Source of the DNA: Octopus vulgaris
Taxonomy: Eukaryota
Assembly (NCBI GenBank): GCA_951406725.2
Contig: OX597834.1
Coordinates: forward strand, 37,138,001-37,202,000
Direction of reading: 5' to 3'
Length of the DNA: 64,000 nt
In this document: positions 55,726 through 64,000 of the stretch, in pieces
How the letters are laid out: every line of letters starts with the position of its first letter
Numbering within the stretch: position 1 is the first letter of the stretch
Translations under genes and position numbers: made by a program
Notes under the pieces: generated by a model
What the model saw: only the letters and a program-made list of their open reading frames with translations
Databases searched by the model: none
What the model was told of the DNA's origin: nothing

Positions 55726-58700
55726 CTTTTTTTTTCTTCTTTCAAATTTGCTTCCATTTCTTGCCGAGTGTCTTCCCGACTCCTAGGGCAAAGAAACTCA
55801 TAGAATACATTGGTAAGCCATTAAACCAAACTCAGTAGTTCCTTTATTTTTTTATATTATTTTTTTTTTTAAAGTTAAATTAAAATACATGAGCAGCAAC
55901 AGTTCTCACATCGACAATGCTCTTCTTAATACGTGTGATGTACCAGTTAAGACAATCTTTTGCACTTCTTGCAGGGATGGTAAGCCAGGGATCATTCTCA
56001 TATAATTTTCGGTTCCCTTCTTGATCATTCCTAGTGCTCCTACGATCACTGGTATTGTAACCGCCTTGAGATGCCACATTTTCTCAATTTCAATGAGTAG
56101 GTCTTTATATTTTCTGAGCTTGTCAAACTCTTTCGCTGAGATATTATGATCACAGTGGATGCTCATGTCGATCAATAAGCAAACTTTATTGTTTTGGTCT
56201 TTCACAACAATATCTGGTTTATTGGCCTTGATGATTCGGTCTGTATGTACTGGAAAGTCCCACAGAATGGTTACATTTTCTCCTTCAGTTACAGCCTCAG
56301 GGTGGTGATTATACCACTTGTCGGCAGTTTTGATATTGTAATGCCGACTTATTAGCCAGTGGAGATATTGGCCAACTCTGTCATGTCTTAATTTATACTC
56401 CACTGGTGCTAAGACTTTACATCCAGAGATTAGGTGGTCCACTGTTTCAATCATGTCTTTGCAGAATCGGCATTTTGGGTCTGCTCCATTTTTCATCACA
56501 TTGGCCGGGTAGTTCCGGGTTAATAGGCTTTGATCTTGAGCAGCCAGGATGAAACCTTCGCTTTCTGCTTTTAGCCCTGAGCTCCGTAGCCACTGATGGG
56601 TTTGCTTCTGGTCAACATCAGCTTGTTTGCTGCGGGTCACATGTTTGCCGTGCAGAGGTTTCTCCTCCCACCTATCAGCCAATTGCTCGTGCGCTTTTTT
56701 CATTGCCATCATTTTCACCTTCTTTGCAACAATAGTTGCCGTACTTCCCTCGGGTTGTTCAGTTTGGGTATCCTGCACGAGATCAATAGCAACTTTTTGC
56801 TTTCCTTTATGATAGAATGAAGCTTCTTTCGTCTCTCGTGATTTTCCACGAGCTTTAGCATCCAGTCATTCGATATTTCGAGATATTTGGCCAGTCCAAT
56901 TGTGGTTGTTTTGTAAGCTAGTTCAAATTGGATCAGGCCTCGACCTCCTTGGGCTCTGGGAAGGTAAAGGCGATCTACGTCTGCCTTTGGGTGGTGCATC
57001 CTATTACAACTCAGCAGCTTGCGTATTTTCCTATCTATATTCTTTACTTCACTCATATTCCAGTTCAACACATTGTAGCTATAAGTAACAACTGGAACTG
57101 CTAAGGAATTTATAGCTAACACCTTGTTACGTGCATTTAGTTCAGATTTTAGGACTGCACGAACTCTCCTATAACATTCCTTCCTGATTTTCTCTTTCAT
57201 GCTTGCATGCTGAATACCAGAGCCTTCATTTATCCCTAAATATTTGTATGTTTGTTCTTGCTCAAGCTCTCTTATGACTGTGTCAACATCTAACACGACT
57301 GAATTTGTGGTCTTCACTTTCCCTTTCTGGAAAGTGGCCTTGGCACACTTCTCAAGTCCAAACTCCATCCCGATGTCATCGCTGAATGCTTTCACGGTAT
57401 GCAATAGGCCTTCAAGTTCATTATTGTCTTTACCATAAAGTTTTAAGTCATCCATATGAAATAGATGGCTTATTTTTTTATTGGCAATTTTATACCCATA
57501 CCCTGTTCTGTTTAATTCACTTGTAAGGGGTATTAGGGCTATGCAGAATATTAAAGGTGAAAGTGAGTCACCTTGAAAAATTCCACAGTTGATGTTTATA
57601 TTTTCTGAGGCAAGTACTCCATTAGAGTGGTATAATTGGAGATTCGTATTCCACAACGACTTATTGTGCTTCAGGAAGTTTGAAACCACAGGGGAAATTT
57701 TGAAGATGTCCAGCGATCTCAAGATCCATGGATGCGGTATACTGTCGAAGGCCTTTTTATAGTCAATCCATGCGGTGCTGAGATTTCTGCGCTTGTTGTG
57801 ACAGTTCTCAAGGATCATACGATTGATTAGCAGTTGGTCTTTGCATCCGTAAGAGCCTCGGCGGCACCCTTTTTGTTCAATGGGGAAAATATCGTTCTTC
57901 TCCATGAATGCATATGTTTTCTCCGCCAGGATAGATGTTAGGATTTTATACGTGGTGGATAGACAGGTTATAGGCCGATAGTTTTTTGGAAGGTTGGTTT
58001 CGTTATTCTTTGGGAGTAGGTAAGTAATGCCACTTGCTAACCATTCAGGTGTTTTCTTTGGGTCTCCCATAATTCCATTGAGCAGCTGAACTAGCTTACC
58101 GTGTGCGCATGGGAGCGATGCGAGCCAGAAATTCGGCACCCTATCTTTACCGGGGGATTTCCAATTATGGGCCTTCGTGAGTGCCTTTCTTAGGTCTGCT
58201 ATTGTGATGTCTTCCCATGCTTGTTGTTGTAAATTTTGGTAGGATCCTTCAGTTTGTATATTCCAGTCTGCATTTATGTTGTACGTCTTCTTATCACTCC
58301 AAATCCTTTTCCAAAAGTTTTGAACTTCTTCCATGGGAGGGGGTCTTTAACGGTTACTTTCTCCTTCCCTATTTCTCTGTAGAATTTTTTGGCATTGGAT
58401 GTGAACAGCTTATTTTGCTTGTAAAACTTGTTTCTCTTCTCAAATCTTCGTATTCTTTGGGCTTTTGCTTGGAGTTTTTGTTTCAGCGTTTCTTTTATTG
58501 ATATCAGTTCTTCTCTTGGTGAGGATCCAAATTTTCTCTTCATCTTTCTTCCTGTTCTGGATCTTACATCATTTCCACATATTAGTTCATTTAATATTGA
58601 TATTTCCCCTCTCATAAATTCAATCTCTTTTTCAATTTTACTTCTCCGGGTTTGATTTCTTCCCAGGTTTTGTTTTCTTTGTTTTTTCGGGGGCATACAG

Positions 58701-59780
58701 CTGGTTTCAATTGCTGTTCTGTATTGTTTGTGAATAGAGAAGTTGTGTTCGACCAGAGAGAATCTTAGCATCATCATTTTTTTTTTCCATGTGCGTTTGT
58801 GTTATTGCAATAAAAAGTGTTTGTATATTTCCTGTAAGGTAATATTGTGGAGGTTGAAGTTGACTTTTCTAGAGATGTTTGTATGTCCAGTTAGAAGAAC
58901 AGGTGTGTTTTTACAATAAAAAGTATATGTTTACATTTATATTTGAATATTCAGGGAGGAAGCAAAGAAAAGTCAGATTTTCATAGAAAGTTTTAGGGTT
59001 TTGTAAGTCCACAAAAAGAAAAGCGTGATGTTTTTAGAGAGAAGAAAAAAAAGGGGGGGATGTTTACAGAGGCAATTGTGGGTATCAAAGTTTTTAAAGC
59101 TGGTCGAATGTATGATTGAAAACTGTAGATATGTAAATTTGTAAATTTTCTTAACTTATTTTGAAGGGCTGTTCTGTATTATTTCTGAATAGAGAAGCTG
59201 TGTTCGACCAGAGAGAATCTTAGCATCATTATTTTTTCCATGTGCGTTTGTGTTATTGCAATAAAAAGTGTTTGTATATTTCGTGCAAGGTAATATTGTG
59301 GAGGTTGAAGTTGACCCCTCTAGAGATGTTTGTATGTCCAGTTAGAAGAACAGGTGTGTTTTTGCAATAAAGTGTATATGTTTACATTTATATTTGAATA
59401 TTCTGGGAGGAAGCAAAGAAAAGTCAGATTTTCATAGAAAGTTTTAGGGTTTGCAAGTCCACAAAAAGAAAAGCGTGATGTTTTTAGAGAGAAGAAAAAA
59501 AAAAGGTGCTTACAGAGGCAGTTGTAGGTATTAAAGTTTTTAAAGCCGATCGGATGTATGTTTGAAAGCTGCAGATATGTAAATTTGTAAATTTCTTAAC
59601 CCACTTTGAAGAAAATTTCAAATACTCACGAGGTATTGTAGATGTTCCAGTCTTTGAGAGTTATTTTTCCCCGTTGCTAAACTGGCCCATATTAGTGTTT
59701 CTATGGCTTTCAGCCACCGAACTGTCAGAGCAGTGAGGAACACGTCCAGCCGCTGTCAAGGCTGGCGCTCTTCTTCCATA
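55726..59780 (-). mobile_element. R4/Dong-like non-LTR retrotransposon (RT + CCHC + restriction-like endonuclease), frameshifted
   Basis: Three overlapping ORFs at 58274-58777, 56715-58334 and 55906-56778. Motifs NYRPITCL, DYKKAFDS, FQGDSLSP, HMDDLK, CRFC..H..GC, RHD, KPDIV..ID. Flanked by (TAA)n. Assigning 58780-59780 to this element is tentative. Confidence 0.88.
58713..59610. repeat. Two tandem copies of a ~455 bp unit
   Basis: gctgttctgtatt..gaatagagaag..tgtgttcgaccagagagaatcttagcatc occurs at ~58713 and ~59168, and the copies stay colinear. Confidence 0.85.
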
Positions 59781-59835
<55 letters not shown>

Positions 59836-59839
<4 letters not shown>

Positions 59840-59910
59840 TCATTACCTGGAATCCAACTAGTAATCTTGGCGTTAGAAGCCCGCGCTCTTAACCACTACA
59901 CCATATGCCC
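59836..59910 (-). other. tRNA-derived Pol III promoter-like segment within the PLE pLTR
   Basis: Reverse complement has an A box TGGTGTAGTGG and a degenerate B box GTTGGATTCC, followed by (AAT)n. Confidence 0.6.
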
Positions 59911-60522
59911 GCGGGCAATTATGGAGTGAATTTTAGGGCCTATACATCTAATATTTTCCTATCCTTCCTTGATACCGGTTCCCATATGCTATTCATATCT
60001 GCACTCGGTCTGCTTAGAGGATGGTTGTGTTCTAGCATATGTGCTGCTTCTTTTAGCTTTCGTATTTTCCAGTGGTGCTCTCTGTCTATTATTTTAACTT
60101 CATCCCACAGGGAGAAGTGTTCTCCATTTCTCCATACATGATCAGCTATCCCGATTTTTTAATATCTCCTCGTGTCACAGCTTTGCGATGTTCCTCTACA
60201 CTTATTCTGAGGGCGCGGCATGCCCCGCCTTTGTATAACCTACCACAGCTGCATGGGATGGAGTACACGCAGTCTTTGGTCATATTCTCTTCTATTAGTG
60301 GTTTTACCCGAAGAAGATATTTGCGAAGTGCTGTATTACTCTTGAATACTGTCCTGGTATCATATGGGCCGCATATCTCTTGTGTCTTTTCGGAGAGGCA
60401 TTTCACATAGGGTAAACAGACCGTATCCGTCAAAAGTAAATAATGTACATAATTCATCATCTCTTAAATATAGAACTGAAACAGAATGCTTGTTCTCTAA
60501 TCAATGATTTTATGTGCATATA

Positions 60523-60555
<33 letters not shown>

Positions 60556-60623
60556 AAAACCATCCAGATTTCTGAGTACCTCATTTCTTCGAAAAAAAAA
60601 ATATATATATATACTTATATATA

Positions 60624-60689
<66 letters not shown>

Positions 60690-60696
<7 letters not shown>

Positions 60697-61442
60697 GTGT
60701 TTCACTGGAATTTGTTTTATTGACCTTCAAACGATGGAAAACAAAAGCCGAATCCGGTGGCATTTGAACGCAGAATATAAAATGGACGAAATGTTGCTAA
60801 GCATTTGTCCAGCATAGAAAACGTTCTAAGAGCTCTTTCCCTTAAGCAGCTTTAGTAATATTAGTGATAATTACGACATTAAGTCTATACGTTCTGATAT
60901 TCTCGAATAGATTCTATGTTGGCATGCTGGAAAATATATTCTAATACCGCTATTTCAACCGTATTTCTTTGTTCAAAAATGTAGAGGAGAACAAGAATGA
61001 AAAAGCATCCACTTAGGAGTGAAAATATGAAGAACCTGGTTACTGCATTCGATATTAGCAAAAGTTCCGGACCATACAGGAACGGAACAAATATTTATGA
61101 GTTTGCATTGATGAAAATTGCCACTTACCTTAATAAATTCGTCAACCTTAATAAATTGTGAAACTAGAGATGTGTAACATATGTCATCACTTAGATAAAT
61201 GCCGACTGAAATACTGGAAGATTATACATTCAAATGAGTGCATGGATCAATACTTTTCCGAATGCTGTATATTGTGGTTCCTTTCTTGGTCTAAACTCAC
61301 TGTTAATCATTTCATGTCGCCAGTTGCCGTCCTCATATAACGGATTCTTATAAAAACTCTTTTGCATCTCATGATTTATGACTCATAGTAAAACGTCGTA
61401 TAGCGTTTTTGTGTTAATTAAATTTAATACCCAAGAAATAAC

Positions 61443-61481
<39 letters not shown>

Positions 61482-61747
61482 CAGCAGTTATTCTTATTTA
61501 TCACTGACGTTCGAGTAAATAGCTGAACATTTTCATCATTTAAGGATTGTCGTTCAACCGGATGTGAAAATTTAAGTCAGATTGTATTACTATTAACTAC
61601 ATCATCATAACACATGTAATCAATTTATCATCTTAATTTTATTTAATTTCTATAAATTTTTTTATGTATTGGATTAATTCTTTCTTTGTTTGATTTGCAT
61701 AATAGTGGTTTTGTCTCTAATTAATATTATATATATATATACATACA

Positions 61748-61786
<39 letters not shown>

Positions 61787-62532
61787 GTGTTTCACTGGAA
61801 TTTGTTTTATTGACCTTCAAACGATGGAAAACAAAAGCCGAATCCGGTGGCATTTGAACGCAGAATATAAAATGGACGAAATGTTGCTAAGCATTTGTCC
61901 AGCATAGAAAACGTTCTAAGAGCTCCTTCCCTTAAGCAGCTTTAGTAATATTAGTGATAATTACGACATTAAGTCTATACGTTCAGATATTCTCGAATAG
62001 ATTCTATGTTGGCATGCTGGAAAATATATTCTAATACCGCTATTTCAACCGTATTTCTTTGTTCAAAAATGTAGAGGAGAACAAGAATGAAAAAGCATCC
62101 ACTTAGGAGTGAAAATATGAAGAACCTGGTTACTGCATTCGATATTAGCAAAAGTTCCGGACCATACAGGAACGGAACAAATATTTATGAGTTTGCATTG
62201 ATGAAAATTGCCACTTACCTTAATAAATTCGTCAACCTTAATAAATTGTGAAACTAGAGATGTGTAACAAATGTCATCACTTAGATAAATGCCGACTGAA
62301 ATACTGGAAGATTATACATTCAAATGAGTGCATGGATCAATACTTTTCCGAATGCTGTATATTGTGGTTCCTTTCTTGGTCTAAACTCACTGTTAATCAT
62401 TTCATGTCGCCAGTTGCCGTCCTCATATAACGGATTCTTATAAAAACTCTTTTGCATCTCATGATTTATGACTCATAGTAAAACGTCGTATAGCGTTTTT
62501 GTGTTAATTAAATTTAATACCCAAGAAATAAC

Positions 62533-62571
<39 letters not shown>

Positions 62572-62837
62572 CAGCAGTTATTCTTATTTATCACTGACGT
62601 TCGAGTAAATAGCTGAACATTTTCATCATTTAAGGATTGTCGTTCAACCGGATGTGAAAATTTAAGTCAGATTGTATTACTACTAACTACATCATCATAA
62701 CACATGTATTCACTTTATCATCTTAATTTTATTTAATTTCTATAAATTTTTTTATGTATTGGATTAATTCTTTCTTTGTTTGATTTGCATAATAGTGGTT
62801 TTGTCTCTAATTAATATTATATATATATATACATACA

Positions 62838-62890
<53 letters not shown>

Positions 62891-63580
62891 GTGTTTCACT
62901 GGAATTTGTTTTATTGACCTTCAAAGGATGGAAAACAAAGCCGAATCCGGTGGCATTTGAACGCAGAATATAAAATGGGCGAAATGTTGCTAAGCATTTG
63001 TCCAGCATGGGAAACGTTCCACGAGCTCCTTCCCTTAAGCAGCTTTAATAATATTAGTGATAATTACGACATTATGTCTATACGTTCTGACATTCTCGAA
63101 CAGATTCTATGTTGGCATGTTGGAAAATATATTCTAAGACCGCTATTTCAACCGTATTTCTTTGTTCAAAAATGTAGAAGAGAACAAGAATGAAAAAGCA
63201 TCCACTTAGGAGTGAAAATACGAAGAACCTGGTTACTGCATTCGATGTTAGCAAAAGATGAAGACCATACAGAAACGGAACAAATATTTATGAGTTTGCA
63301 TTGATGAAAATTGCCACTTACCTTAATAAATTCGTCAACCTTAATAAATTGTCACACTAGTGATGTGTAACAAATGTCATCATTTAGAAATAATTAATAA
63401 TGTGTAATTCATAGTAGCAGCAGTAGCAGCAGTTATTCTTATTTATCACTGACATTCTAGTAAAGAGCTGAACATTTTTATCATTTAAGGATTGTCAAGT
63501 ATCCTGAATTTGAAAATTTAAGTCAGATTGTATTACTACTAACTACATCATCATAACACATATAATCACTTTAGCATCAT
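60690..63580. repeat. Tandem array of a ~1090 bp composite unit (two near-identical copies plus one diverged)
   Basis: Identical-phase ORFs at 61158 and 62248 (offset 1090). Units start at ~60692, ~61782 and ~62888. A further diverged partial copy lies at ~55000-55345. Confidence 0.92.
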
Positions 63581-63599
63581 TTATATATATATATTTATA

Positions 63600-64000
63600 T
63601 ATCTATACAATATGTTACATTACTCGGTAGTCAAGATAAAACTCTGAGTTTCAGATGCCGAAGTGGAAATCCACAACACCATCTCTTCGGTTATCTGGCT
63701 ATTTGAAAACGTTATGAAAAAATACCGTTAAAAATGAAGGGAAATTACTCTGTTATAACTCTGCTTTGCCTGCGTACTTATACATCGCTCGCATTTTTCG
63801 TCATAAAAATTATATAAAAATACATAAAAATATATAAAAATATATAAAAATATATAAAATCTTCTTGGGACATAACACAGAAAGCATGTTCTATCCGTTT
63901 TCTTTAGGGGACCAAAAACGTAACAGAAATTTAGTCACATGTGGGCATGATCCGAAAAGCTCTGTCCTTGTATTTAGACATGTGGTAGGGTCTAAGCTGC
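63600..64000 (-). mobile_element. PLE 3' end with a hammerhead at 63635-63695
   Basis: Minus frame ..TTCLNTRTELFGSCPHVTKFLL (Naiad EN C-terminus). Reverse complement: gataa-CCGAAGA-gatg...catct-GAAA-ctcagag-TT-ttatc. Confidence 0.7.

Larger units (their letters stand above)
55356..60478 (-). mobile_element. Poseidon/Penelope-type PLE remnant with inverted termini, split by nested insertions
   Basis: 55356-55420 is inverted at 60425-60478. GIY-YIG fragment ~59955-60425: LPYVK..VYSIPCSCGRLYKG..EH..RKLKEAAH. The pLTR contains a tRNA-like segment, (AAT)n and a hammerhead. Confidence 0.75.

Noticed and set aside
61158-61340. 60 aa ORF repeated at 62248
   Set aside because: GTG start, no recognisable domain, and deleted in the third repeat unit.

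Overview
AT-rich, microsatellite-dense animal genomic DNA. The SINE types and repeat make-up suggest a cephalopod, probably Octopus (inference). The only host genes are two paralogous 3-exon rhodopsin-class neuropeptide-receptor-like GPCRs, arranged tail-to-tail: A (+; 13400-14167, 16560-16769, 20770-20847) and B (-; 46448-45783, 31481-31272, 28286-28191). The rest is mostly retroelements. These are a young ~12 kb Naiad-type Penelope-like element (PLE; RT + GIY-YIG) in intron 1 of gene B, a second decayed Naiad copy, many PLE fragments, an R4/Dong-type RLE retrotransposon nested in a Poseidon-type PLE, tRNA-derived SINEs, and LINE and mariner fragments. Over a dozen hammerhead ribozyme motifs can be read directly, several with a CCGANGA core. 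The most unusual signal is the ~5.5 kb non-coding tail/pLTR of the large PLE. It consists of nested inverted and direct repeats whose copies differ almost only by C>T and A>G. They would therefore pair as RNA through G:U wobbles in a strand-specific way, with different hairpins on each polarity. The ORF and this tail lie between two identical hammerheads 8110 nt apart. Most entries in the ORF track are microsatellite artefacts.
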